NCBI GenBank assembly: GCA_015680685.1
Contig: MNCI01000366.1
Coordinates: 157,203-221,202, forward strand
Length of the DNA stretch: 64,000 bases
Source: Gnetum montanum
Taxonomy: Eukaryota > Plantae > Gnetophyta
Direction of reading: 5' to 3'
Shown: in pieces, positions 21,648 through 33,781 of the stretch
Numbering within the stretch: the first letter of the stretch is position 1
Layout of the letters: each line of letters begins with the position of its first letter
Made by a program: the position numbers and the translations under genes
The notes under the pieces: generated by a model
The model's database searches: none
What the model was told of the DNA's origin: nothing
Seen by the model: the letters and a program-made list of their open reading frames with translations, nothing else

Positions 21648-24600
21648 ATGACATCGAAGACCAAAGGCAAACATGCCAAATTGGCAAAGATTGATGAAGT
21701 GCAGGAGAGTTTGCAGCGGGTGTCAAAGGCTAGGGTTGAAACTCAGGAGGTTACTCCACTTGCCTGGTAGGTTTCCCTTTATCCTCCTGCATGATTGTTA
21801 TTTTCATTGTTATGGCATCATAATTGTATTTGTTTTAAAGATGTGTATTGTGTTAGGTGTTGATACCTAGTTGCATAGGCTAAGTTATTGTAATTTGTAA
21901 TATTACCCTTATCGTCGTTGTTAGAGATAGACCTTGCACTGTTGCAAGGGTTTGGGTGACCTCAGGCAATACTCTACAAATGCAATGCATAACTGGAGGT
22001 GTCCAGGTATTGTACCCTTATGTAGTATAAATAGGGTTATGTTGTCTTGCCCATAGCAGTTGCATGTTACATTAGGGTAATATGTGGTATTACTTTTATC
22101 TCTATTGTCATGGACAGACCTTGCATTGTCACAAGGGTTTGAGCAATTTTGGTAATGTATTTCTAGTGTAACCTGTGATTTTTTTTTGGGAGTCAAGGTA
22201 AAGAAGACTCTAGTGTTGCATAATGGATTTTTGATAGCCTTTTTTGATTTTTTTTAATCTTACGTAGTTAGTATCTCTACATTGCTTTTCCTAATGGTAG
22301 TGCATTTTATTGTAAAGGATTACACTAAAGCCTGTCCTAATTATCTTGGACATTGTGTGCGTCCTATGCTATTTACATGTCCCTATGGCCAATGTTCCTC
22401 CTCCTCATGGTCATGTAAAGGAGGAGGCAGTTTGGTTCTGAAGATACGCACGGGAGTTTTTCAGTTCTTGTTGCATAATTTCAGCATAATTATTTGGTCA
22501 CATCTACCGGCTGAGGCAGCCTCCACCATTCTGGAGACGCTACTGGTTGGATCAACGCAGAGCATCTTAACGTATCTAGTGGATAGCTCAATTGAAACCG
22601 TGTAGCTGCAACATCACAAATAGAGTGCTAAGGGTTTGAGGCATTTATCTTGGATCTGGGAGATGCCCAAGTTTGATTGTTATCATGCCTACAACACTCT
22701 ATTCATGGCTCATCATCTTACGACCTACTTCCAGAATCCACCTGGCATTGTGTATTATGCAGGTGGGTAAGTGTCTCCATGGCGTTATGATGTGCTAACC
22801 ATTGTTTAAATTTTCATCAAGTATAAACAATTGTCTACATTCTGTGGTGTAGGATTTTTATCAATGATGATGGTCTCCAAGGTGATACAGATGCGTTATT
22901 TATGGTTGAAAAGGCCATAAAGGAGTTTACTTCTATTAGCAATGTACGTGCTAGTGTTATGGGACAACTAGAATTGGAAATCCCACATTACCCTAACCAC
23001 TATGTCAAATTCTTTGCCAAGTGTAAAAGATTCGGATGGCTAGATAAGGAGTGGACTTTGGATTGTCCTCTCACCGTCGTGGATGTGCAAGAGAAAATCC
23101 CATCATTTCTTTCACCCTTCAAACGCGGTAAATTACACTAAGGTGGTCCATTGTACAATCTTACAGCAAAGTCATTTTATTTTGTTGTATTGTCTAAACC
23201 ATTGTTTTATGTTCACAGTTATGGAATCATGGGAGGTCATGGTTATGGCCTCCGAGCATGAAGCAAGCAATCTTTTCTTTTGTTATGGAAACATAAAAGA
23301 AGTGCAACGTTGGCTTAGCCATAGTGCGGCCCCAACTATCCTAACCAATAACCTCTGGGAAGCTGGACTGATGGAGCTATTTTTGGCTGTAACCCCCGAC
23401 ATCACCGTAGCCGAAATGTTAACCCTAGTTAACTCCTTCAACGAAGAAGCCAAGCATCTTTACATGCACGTGTGTGTAAGTTTTGATATTGATGCTTGAC
23501 TGTTCATTGACTTTTTTGGCATTCCCTCTGATGGCCTTCCAATAGAAGAAAAGTCAAAGATGAGTTCTAAGCTCCAAAAGAAGATAGAGGAGTGGCTAGG
23601 GGTTAAAAAGGAACTGAAAGGAATCCTTGCTGATAAAATTCAGTTGGACGTGGCTCATACCATTTATCCCCTCTTCTGAGCCCGTGCCTTCCCCAAGCTA
23701 CTCTCCCAGGGAAGAATCCTTACCATAGAGCAGGCTCGAATCATGTGGGAGATTATGGAGGAGGGAACACAATATAATTGGGCCAGTTACTTCGCTGAAG
23801 ACCTGTAGGCTGAAATGGTTGAGCTTCACAAGAAGCTTGAGTCCTACTTCAATGTGCATTTTGCCTTCTTTATAGCCTACTTTTGATGTTTTTCTGAATT
23901 CCTAGTGGTTCATAGGAATGGAATCTAGGTGCAACAAGATCGTAACTAGATTTCAAAACCATGTATTTCCCAAGTTTTTGGCACCACCTAGTCGCAAGAT
24001 CCCCCTACAGGCATTGGGGATTCACTTTCACTTACGACTAAGGATCTAGCGGTGCCTCCTGCATGGGGCTAGGATAGTGTGGGTGGGGTTCTTTCTTCTT
24101 ACACTGGTAGTGTGTCAAGGGGGAAACGCCTAGCAGAAGAAATAGTGAGTTCATTAGCCTAGCGAAAAAAACCTCATCTGACCATGGAGTCTACTGGTCC
24201 AACTAACACAGAGGGAAAGAGGCTATGAATTGAATTTCACAAGAATGATCCCCCAACTAGTAAGTAGAGAGGTGCATAATTAGTTTATATATGTATTACG
24301 CTACGTATAGACATCGTGGTGTCGCGTAGCATTTGTAAATGTTTCAGCTAACTGTGTTGTTTGGTAGACAAAGGGAAAGGTGTGGAAGAGTTAACCCCTG
24401 AAATAGGGGCCATAGTTATACGATGTGGAGAAGGGACCCCAATTTTGGAAAAGGAGGCCCTTATTAGCAACGTAGGTGGCATACAGGTTCGTGTGCTCGA
24501 AGAAGAGATGGAAGTAGGGGACGCTGAGGTCCTTTTGGATGAACTGGAAAAAGAGAAGTAGTTTATCACTGGTGAGCCCGACCTTTCTTCAAGAGGAAAA

Positions 24601-26124
24601 CCTCTCGTTACTACCTTTGAGGATTTTTTTGAATTGAGTTTTGTGTTATTGTAATGTCTCAATTATCTTTTATGTCTACCATACTATGTCTAACTCATTT
24701 TTGTTCACGTAGTAGGCACTTCTGACGATGGCGTTGTGTCTTTGTTATTGGCACCAACTTAGCATTGGGGTAAGATTCCTGATAGATTTGCCTTTATGGA
24801 AGGCATCATGAATGATATGATCAACTACCTAGAGCGAATCGATCCTAAGATTGGTACATGAGTGTTATAACACATGGATTGTTGGCATTGTGATGTTGTA
24901 TTATTTTTTGTTGCGTCTAACTGTTATTTTTTATGTTACAAGATCTCACCTCAGATGGGATCCGAAAGAGCCCGTTGACTTAGACATCACCCCTAAACCC
25001 TCACCGAAGCTGACCAAAGTGCCACACAGCCTTTACGATGAAATGTGTAAATGTGTGTTATGCTTGACCTGCTCTTTATGGGAGTGTTAGAATGTCAACG
25101 AAGACCTTTAGAAGAGGTTGCAGAAAGCAGAAAAGGAGAAGATGTTCCTAACCAGTAGGGTTGAGGACCTAGAGTCTCAAAACAAATTTCTGCTAGCTTG
25201 GGAGACCAATGATGAGAATTTCCAGATAGCTATAATTAACTACGCCAGTTATTGGACGTTCATTAGAAACAACGTCCAAGCCAGCCGTGAGCTCATAGAG
25301 CAATGGATGCAAATGAATCTCCTAGCCCAGAAGAACCAAGATTGGAAGGATTTCAACATGAGGGTCCAAGCATGGGGGCAGGCACAAAAGGACCACAAGC
25401 ATGTGTATAAGCACGAAAGTGATACCTACTACCAACATTACAGGGATTCTACTATTGAAGCATGGTCCCTCCAGCTATTCCTCGATGTCATCAGTGCTTC
25501 TAGAGCATACAAAAAGTTTTAGGAGCAAGTGAAAGTAAGTGCCTCTCTAGAGAGAGAAATAACTCTCCCTGGTGGGGAGACCACTGTCCCTTCCTTCTTC
25601 CTAGAACCACCCCGATGGACTCCTGTGGAAAAGGAGAAGGTTAAGGTTGGAACTGATCTAGGAGATGGTGTTTGGTCTAAGCTTACCGAGGACAAGATCA
25701 TGCAATGTCTATGGGTTGGTTTGGAACAAATTCCTTTCACGGCTGATGTAGGACCATCACAGGTGAGTTGTAGGGCTACTGCATTTTTGTTATGCCTAGT
25801 TTCGATGGCAATCCTAACATGCATTTCATGTCAAATCGTAGAATCAACACGAAGAGCATCCTCATAAGGGGGAGCATAATGGAGGGTCTTCATGAGGAAG
25901 AGCATAATGAAGATGATGGTCCTCACGAAGAGGGTCTTCATGAGGAAGATCATAATGGAGATGATGGTCCTCACGAAGAGGGTCTTCATGAGGAAGAGCC
26001 TCACAGAGAGGACTGCCCCCACGAAGAGACACCATGCAAAGAAGGTCCCTACGAGGATGATCTTCATGAGGCAGAGGTGGAGTTGGATGACACAAGTGGA
26101 AGTGGTAGTAAAGGCAACATGTGA
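21648..26124 (+). pseudogene. Antisense multi-exon accessory gene of C: FCP1/NIF-like domain, plant-transposon/PMD-like domain, coiled coil, acidic His-rich tail
   Basis: Predicted exons are 21648-21766, 22318-22766, 22853-23127, 23219-24259 and 24368 onward, with further exons to the TGA at 26124. GT/AG borders and peptides are conserved with A and D. Scattered stops arise from decay. Confidence 0.8.
25878..26070 (+). repeat. In-frame 48-nt repeats encoding EGLHEEEHNEDDGPHE-like units
   Basis: gagggtcttcatgaggaagagcataatgaagatgatggtcctcacgaa is repeated with decay. Confidence 0.85.
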
Positions 26125-26254
26125 TGTGGCTATATTGGCCAACATTTTGTTATAATGGAATGGAGTAAAAGACAATGTTCTTCGATCTATGCAAAATGGA
26201 GTAAAGATTTTATCTTTCATGAAGTGGAACATATTGTTAGAAGGATTACACTTT

Positions 26255-26560
26255 TTAGGCCACTGCAGGCCGTTAATAGTTTAAAGCCATTTTGGGCCAA
26301 GCCATCGTAAGCATAAAAGGATAAACAAAATTGCCAGTTTTAGGCCATAGCAGGCTAGACCTAGTTTAAGGCCATTTCGGGCCGAGTCATCATAAACGTA
26401 AAGGGGTAAATTACATTTTCTAGTTTTAGGCCTTAGCAGGCCATAAATAGTTTAAGGCCATTTCGAGTCATGCCATCGTAAGCGTAAACAGATAAATAAA
26501 ATTGCCATTTTTAGGCCATAGCGGGCTGTAAATAGTTTAAGGCCATTTCGGGTCGGGTCA
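26255..26560 (-). repeat. Motif array between the C protease and the 3' end of the antisense gene
   Basis: Alternating agttttaggcc..agc.ggc and tagtttaaggccatttcgggcc units in roughly 90-nt higher-order repeats. Confidence 0.88.
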
Positions 26561-26660
26561 TTGTAAGCATGATAAGGATAATGTGAAAAGAAAGAGCGAA
26601 AATTACATAACAATAAACAACATGGACCAATGTAACATGTCACGTCAACATGTTCATTCG

Positions 26661-29600
26661 CTAGCTCCACAGTTTCTTCTTAATTTTTTTTAGTTTTGGC
26701 GACACATATGGATGAGGAGGTTTATTACTTTGTTCCTCTACACCACCATCTTCCTCCTAAAAAGGTAGTTCAACCCAAATCAGGTTGTCATCAGCTGCTG
26801 TTTTGGCCTGTTCAAGCATTGGAATGGGAGACTGATCCTTGGGGGTTTCGATTTCTGAACCTTGTTCCATTTCTATGTTATTAATAGCCTGAGGGATCAT
26901 TTTATCACCATGGATGATCACTTCCCCTCTTGCGTAGGGCAAATGGATTTCCTGATGGATGGGTGATGAAACTACTCTTAGTTGAGCCAACCAGGACCTC
27001 CCCAAGATTAAGTTGAAACCGGACATCTCCTCGATGATGATAAATACTGCGTCTGTGGGGAATTGCTCCCCTGCTATGAAGTTAATATGTACTGTTCCTT
27101 TGACTTGCACTCATGCCCCATTGAATGACTTTAAACATGACGTTGTCGTGGGATTGATCTGGTTGATCAAACCCAGTTTATCCACTATGGGGTATGGGAT
27201 GACATTGGCAGCTACCCTATCATCTACGTGTACCCTCTGGATTCGATATTGGCCAACCCGTATAGTGATGAACATAGGCGCTATTGTCACTTGACCCTTT
27301 TCTAGGTCATCCTTAATGGATTCATCATGGAAAGTCAATAGGGAAGGCTAGGGTTGTTCAGCGGTGAGGGGAAGCATGTTGGAGTGAATTACTTCTTCAT
27401 CTGCTAGTAGGCTCTCATCCAAGGATATGGACGTTAACAAGTGAACTATGGCCTCATGATGCTTTTGTGATGTCATCAGCAAGTCATAGAGGCTCAATGT
27501 TGTATTTTTTTATTTAAGAGCCTGCTTAACTTGCATAAAGGCATCGAGGAGATTGTGTCCACGATCTAGTTTTTTATCATCCTTCTCTTCTTCCATTCAT
27601 CCCAGGAGATGAATCTCTCAGGGAGGAATAGTTTCTGGTTGAGGGCTACATTTTCTTGGGTTGGGAGGAGATGGTTGCATTTGTGTAACATTGTCTTTTT
27701 TTGTTGAAGGTGGGGCCAAGGGCACCGAGGTGAGGGGCATAGGCTTGGGAAACCCCAATGTAAGGCAGTCCTTGGCTATATTGGGTGTCATATGTCCTTC
27801 TCCTTTCCTGTTAGGTTGTGATTGGGGTGTTGACTTAGAGGGTTTCCTTTGCATAACAGGAGAAACTGATAGCCTTGGCACCCTGATGACAAAGGGTGCC
27901 ATAGGTGTGGGCATAGGCTAGGCTGCAACTTTACTGATAGTGGGCTGTAGGATGATGGTAGGAGACAGGACCTGGAGAATGAAGGGTTATCGTTGAACCG
28001 TGCCCATCGATGTCGACGGGCTTGTCATCTGAGACAGGTGAGGAGGTACACGTAGTACAAAGGGTTGTTTTGGCTATGCCTGGTCGTCACCTTCTGTACC
28101 CACTACATTGATAGTGTATCCTATGTTATTTGTGTTTAATAGGTCTTGGTACACATGCATGGATTAATTTTCTGGATGGACCAGACTATTGCTATCTACA
28201 ATCAGTTTACCTTGATTGATCATGCGTTGAATGTTATCTTTCAATGCCCAGTAGTAATCTGTGTCATGACCACATAGCTAGTGATAGTCACAGAAACGGT
28301 CCAACCTATATTTTTTGGAAACTAGTAATTCGTTTGGCACAGCCAAGGAGGGGTTCTTGAGCAACTTACAATGTCGTCTGTGACATTTCAGACCTTCCTC
28401 GGACACCTTCTTATGTTGAATATGGCCAGTTCCCATTAATTGCTTCAAAAGTTCTGAAGGTTTTACAAGTAGATCCATCTATTTTGTGCAGTCTTTATGC
28501 TCAAAATTAGGCTTCAGATGTGGAGGTTCCTTAGGAATAGATGGAGTTTCTTGATCAGGGCTGTTTGAGCTAGTTGTGAGCTCAGCTTGGTCCGTAGATA
28601 CTTTCTTGTTGTTATTTTTCTTCTTGGCCCCCTCGGCAACTGCTGCTATGGCCATTTTCATAGCTTTGCCTTTGTCTTTACCCTTGCTGTGGACATTTTT
28701 ATAGACCACATATGCTAGGACTTTGCTAGCCTCTACCGTGTCTTGGATGCTCTTAGTCTAAGCAAAGGCTTGGCTAAGGGAGTGAGAAGCATGGTAATAT
28801 AACTTAGACTTGATAAAGTCATTAACTATCCCCTTGAAGATTGCCAACAGATGGGCCTCCACGATGGGTTCATGGATTTCATTCAAGGTGGCACTCCACC
28901 GTTGTATAAAATTTTGGACTAACTCAAGTGGATCTTGCTTGACTCCCATGAGTTGATCCAGGATGACTTTTGGTTTTAGGTTGTATTTGAAACAAGTCAC
29001 AAACTGAGTTAACAACTCTTCCAAGGTTGAGATGGAAGAGCGTGGGAGTGCTTGATACCAATCTAAAGCTTTATCTATTAGGGACACAACAAAGACACGG
29101 ATGATGGTATGTGGCCATGGTTGCAATAACAATGACTCTGACTTGAAGGTGACTAAATGGGCGTTGGGGTCGCCTTTCCCATTGTATTTTGTAAAATGGG
29201 AGAGTGGAATCCTAGGAGGCAATGACAAAACTAGCACTAATGAACTAATAGGATCGTCATGGTAAAAATCCATGACCTGTATCATGTCGGAACCGACAAC
29301 CTTGAGGTGTTTAACTTCTTCAGTAAGGGTTTGAATAAGCTAGAAGGCCTAATCCAAGCTCGTGGACGAAGATGTTATTTGTGGAATTGTAAGATGAGCC
29401 ATGCTGGGTGGTAGGATAAGGGTGGTAGCTTGGCCTATGTGCGATGTTATTGGGACTACCCCTACAGGCATCATCCACCACCCAGCAAGTGGTGCAGACG
29501 GGGCAACAACCATCGATTGTGCCATAGGATATGCCACTTGTGTAGCTGGTGGCACATACAATGACCCTATAATTGGGTTTACTATCTGCGGGACCTGGTG

Positions 29601-30413
29601 TTGATGATGAGGAAGATGAGACATCTACATAGGCTATGCTACAAGGGATGATGTGTTTGGAGCCCACAATGCTGTAGTGGCGGGTCCTGTCATGTGAGTT
29701 GGGATGAATGCAAGCGCTCTGTGTAATTGCAAAGTAGGTATTACGTGTACATACGGTGACATAGGCGCAGGTATACGATGAGATGGATTAGCCATCTGTG
29801 ACTATGAAGGAATGACTTGTGAAGGGACACCACCTTGGAGGGTAGCCGAAGAGAAAAAATGTGGCTGGGATGAGTGCAGGGCTCAGTTAGCATTAGATAA
29901 TGTCAAGGGCGTGGTGACCATGAATAGCAGATTTACACGGGACATCGTGGAGGGAGGGGCCACAACCAAATCAGCGTGACTACCTCCCTCGAAGTGGGAA
30001 TCTAGATCGTCTTGCCCATCATGAAGCACTTCATCATAGAACAACTCCTCTTATTGTTCTGTCGATGCCCTGGTCATCAGCATTTGATCTAAGATCCACT
30101 ATTGTTGGTCTGTCAAGGGTATAGTGGTGTTAGGTGAAGGAACAAATTCCTTGTCATTGCAGTATATAAACTTGTATTCTCGTTTCTCTTCGAGTTCTTG
30201 TGGATACATGGGCAGATTTGCCACAAGTTTAGCACAGAGGAAATTGTAATGTTCCCTGCACTGAGCGTGTCCCTCAGGCTCTTTATTCTAGAGCCTGAGG
30301 GATCGACGTGGTCGCATCAGACTAGTTGGTGGCTCGACTACAAGAGGTGTAACTTGCAGTGTCCAAGGATTCTCGAGGTTAGCAGCATCAACAACAGTGG
30401 TTGATGTAGCCAT
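26661..30413 (-). pseudogene. gag: gag-protease of C (decayed)
   Basis: Candidate ATG at 30413, a Pro-rich region, KYNGKGDPNAHL...ALDWYQALP (Retrotrans_gag-like), CDYH-LCGHDTDY knuckle and protease VHVDD.VAANVI...GFNLILGRSW. Tail KIKKKLWS then stop. Confidence 0.9.
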
Positions 30414-30643
30414 TCTCTACACAACTCAAGAGTAATGATGATAAGGATAATGATCACAAGGGAAAAGGAAAGCTAAGGTGAAAATGGGCTTTCTACCCTA
30501 CAGGATCCCAGAGGAATCATCGAAGCGACTGATCTATGCCACACAATCTCGTAAACAACCACGGAGGTATTACATTTACGTCAATCAAAAATGGGTATAG
30601 AAAGCTTACAGGACTACCCATGAAATGTGGATCAAAGATCCAG

Positions 30644-30660
30644 CCCTTCTTCTAGCGCCA
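30644..30660 (-). other. Primer binding site of C, complementary to the tRNA-Asn(GUU) 3' end
   Basis: TGGCGCTAGAAGAAGGG lies 6 nt from the 5' LTR. Plant tRNA-Asn ends ...CCCUCCUUCUAGCGCCA (recalled, not searched). Confidence 0.8.
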
Positions 30661-30666
30661 AAAAAT

Positions 30667-31534
30667 TGTAACGACAGAAAATGTCAGTCGCTGAAAATAT
30701 CGAGCAAAGTCCCATGTACACAGTCCAACCCTGGATTTGTGTGAGGGCCATGCTAGAGAAAACGAATCCAAGGTGCCCTGAATGGTCTTGTTGATCAGAC
30801 ATGGACTTACTTAACCAGTATATTTTGTAATAATCAGATCATGAGACGATAATTTCGATGGGGAGGTATGATGTTGGTAATCTCGAAGGAAACGAGAACG
30901 ATGTAAACAATTCAAAGAAATTGTAAAGCCTATGCAAATAGGATGCAATAAATAGAATTTAGAGAATTGCAATCCCAAGATATGGGATTTGGCTTATAAG
31001 CAAATACGTTGAATACAATGATTGCAGGGAGACTTCAGTTTAAATGAAGCACATGCCAAGAACAAGAAANCAAAATCTAAATGTAGGTGGTTCTTATGCC
31101 ATGATATGCTCTTCAGTGTATTACAGTGTAACCGAAGGACAGTTTGTTACCAAAGCTCCAACAAGGGTAGATTACGACACACTACGCTTTAGAGTGTAAC
31201 ACAGCGTAGCGCCACAAGCTTCGACTACAATACACCAAGTCAATGACATTTTGTAGGCTTAGGACATGCGTCATCTAAACCATGTTTCTCTCTTGACCCT
31301 AACCTTATAAATACTCCAGTTGACAGCAATCAAAGGGTTGGCAAAAATTTTCCCCGTGAGCAATTTTTTCTCGTTGGCAAGGTTGGTAATCTTTTTTGNC
31401 TGCATTGCATAGTGTAGCATAACAAGCCTTAGGCTGAAACAAGATTGTCTGAAATGTGCCCCTTGTGGAAATCCTTTATGTAAACTTTGAGACTTTGCTG
31501 AATCATCGAGGTCTCAAAATTTCATGGTGTTTTA
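30667..31534 (-). repeat. 5' LTR of C (internally mis-assembled between single Ns)
   Basis: The ends match 14746-15989. Segment 31071-31398 is inverted relative to the 3' LTR. Confidence 0.88.
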
Positions 31535-31539
31535 GGGGG

Positions 31540-31650
31540 TATTTATAGCTTTAGGGTTAGCATGAAGTGTAGATCAAGTGCCACGTGATAAGGGGTAGGT
31601 AGGGCTACATTGACTTGGAGTTAGAAAAAATTTTGAAAATTTTTTGAAAT
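31540..31650 (-). repeat. Continuation of the B 5' LTR (TATA region); distal end not defined
   Basis: tatttatagctttagggttagcatg matches D 43655-43680 and is the reverse complement of E near 7890-7915. Confidence 0.65.
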
Positions 31651-32439
31651 AATGCTAAACTTATGAAATGTAAAATGCTAATGTTAAAATGCCAAAACAT
31701 GCAATCTGTAATGCCAAACATGCAAACATGCAAAATAAAATGCTAATGCTATACAAAACATGTTGTATCCCAATGAGTACTAGCCACGTCAAATATCTAT
31801 GTTGATGTTTTATACTTGTGAAGCCCCAATGAGCCCTAGGATATTTTTGCAAACTTATGCTATCTCATGTTAAGTTTTTCTAAGTTTAATTTAACATATA
31901 TTTATTAAAATTTGCATCTAGTGTATACTAATGCTATGCTAATTGCCTTTGGAAAACCCATCCTCGTGGTTGTAGAGTTCATCGACATTCTTTGTTGCAT
32001 GAGTGAGCCAATACCCAACATGTCCTACACCTAATATGCAAGTGGGTTATTAGGCAGTGTGGTTTTTGTTGGCACATTTTGGCCATTTCATGGAACAGGC
32101 TTTATAAGGTTATGGTGATTTTTGAAAAATTTAAAAGAGATTGTTGAGATTTTGTTTCTTCACCTTGAAGTCTATCATGTTGATTAAGACAAGCTTTTGC
32201 TAATTGGTTCACATCCATAAAGGCATGGTTGAATGTCCCAAAACAAAGATGGTGCAGACATACTAGAGTTAAATAAGGTGACAGTTGAAGATGTAAAGAA
32301 ACGCCTGGGGACCTGACCTATTTATGCCAAAAGCCTCATATCCGAACTTGCACCTCGACATTCCGATCCTCCCTATTTTGCATGCAAATTTGAGCAGAAA
32401 TTTAGAAAGCGGATGAACAATTGCTGCTGCTGGCCGATC

Positions 32440-32790
32440 TCTGACAGTGCAGGAAGCCATGCCTGGCATGAACAAGGAAATACTGAATAAAAAAAAGGGT
32501 ATGATTCCATCTTCTCAAAGAGGGATGGCAAAGACAGAGGAGGCACACAGTTCGATGATTTTGTAATCTACAATCCTGATCAGGCTATTCCCAGGTACGT
32601 GGTTCATTACAAGAATCTCAAATGTGACCCTGCAAACTACATCCCCACAACCGTCTCTTCTTCCTCCGACAATCTCATTCGAATCAAGTACGAGAAATCT
32701 CCAACGTTCTTAGGGGACAGCCCTGAAGAGTACCATTTCCGGTTGGCAGAGTCCCAGTTTTTCAGAATGTCAAGCAGGCAAGAGTACAAG
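32440..32790 (+). pseudogene. Fragment of a PARP/ADP-ribosyltransferase-domain gene (end of one catalytic domain and probable start of a second)
   Basis: Reads LTVQEAMPGMNKEILNKK, a frameshift in an A-run, then GYDSIFSKRDGKDRGGTQFDDFVIYNPDQAIPRYVVHYK...PEEYHFRLAESQFFRM. This matches the GYDSV...E(F/Y)VIY....Q..P.Y C-terminal PARP signature. Confidence 0.7.
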
Positions 32791-33059
32791 GATCTCCAGC
32801 AGTTCTTGAGCTTCTGCACCACCATGTGCATCAGCGACCATTCTCTGCAAGCGTGCCTGGAACGACGCTAGTGGAGCCTACTATGCTTAACAAAAAAAAT
32901 CACCTGTGTTTCCAAACACATCATTGGATCTTCCGTAGTCACATCAGGTTTCATACAGAATGGCATCCCCAGTGTCAAATAGAGAGAGGCATAACGCGGC
33001 AAGTTGTAACCCTAGTTTCAGCACCTACAACACGTGAGCCCGATAGATATGATTAAATA

Positions 33060-33781
33060 TATAAAGTTTTCTGCAGCTTGGCCAAGGGGAGATAGATGAT
33101 CAAATTTTATTTATTGACCTTTATGTTGTTCCTAAATATACATATATAAAGTTATATGTATAGCTATTTTATAAAAAGAGGTATTTATGGACATTTCCAA
33201 CTATAGCTTTTATTTATATAATTGTAACTTTATGTGGAAGTTGTAACTTCCTAGCCTTAATCCATGATCTTTGTAACCATTAAAAAGGCCACTTTTCAAC
33301 TACAACCTCTTTTTCTCCACAAAGGCCACTTGTCACTTGCATGGGACACTTGTCACCTACAACTTGTTTATCTCCATGAAGACACTTGGGAATTGAATGA
33401 AGACACTTGGCAACTACATGAAGACACTTGGCAACTACATGGGACACATGTCAGATGCAGCATTTTTATCTCTTTGGTGGTTGGAACCACCCAAAATTTT
33501 TTTAACTTACCTAACTTGTTGGGCAAGTAATCTCCTAATTGGTTGGCCAAGTTACTTGGGAGAGAAGTTAGGTGAGATATTTTTGAATATGTAACTTCCC
33601 TACCTACATTTGAACCCTATAAAAAGGCTTCAGGGGTCAAGGGGGGATCATCACTTCTCACATCACTTGAAATCATCATCACTTCTCACATCACACTCGG
33701 GGTCTCATACATCACACTTTGAAGGCTACTAGTTAGCACTTGGGCTCTCACTTGGAGACAATTTGAGTCTTGGGGAGAAGA
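33060..33781 (+). repeat. Probable LTR fragment of an unrelated family with 21-bp tandem repeats
   Basis: catgaagacacttggcaacta repeats at 33375-33450 and TATA-like cctataaaaagg near 33616. Truncated by the gap. Confidence 0.45.

Larger units (their letters stand above)
14746..31534 (-). mobile_element. Full-length Tat-type LTR retrotransposon C (about 16.8 kb)
   Basis: Two LTRs, GGGGG TSD (14741-14745 and 31535-31539), PBS, PPT, gag-PR, antisense gene and pol. Confidence 0.95.

Noticed and set aside
25831-26232. Alternative-frame ORFs over the acidic repeat
   Set aside because: They are a by-product of the 48-nt repeats lacking stops in several frames.
30644-30660. tRNA gene
   Set aside because: Only a 17-nt match to a tRNA 3' end, i.e. 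a PBS. There is no cloverleaf.
31070-31399. Inversion plus deletions inside the C 5' LTR
   Set aside because: It is bounded exactly by single Ns, so it is most likely a mis-oriented contig piece rather than a biological rearrangement.
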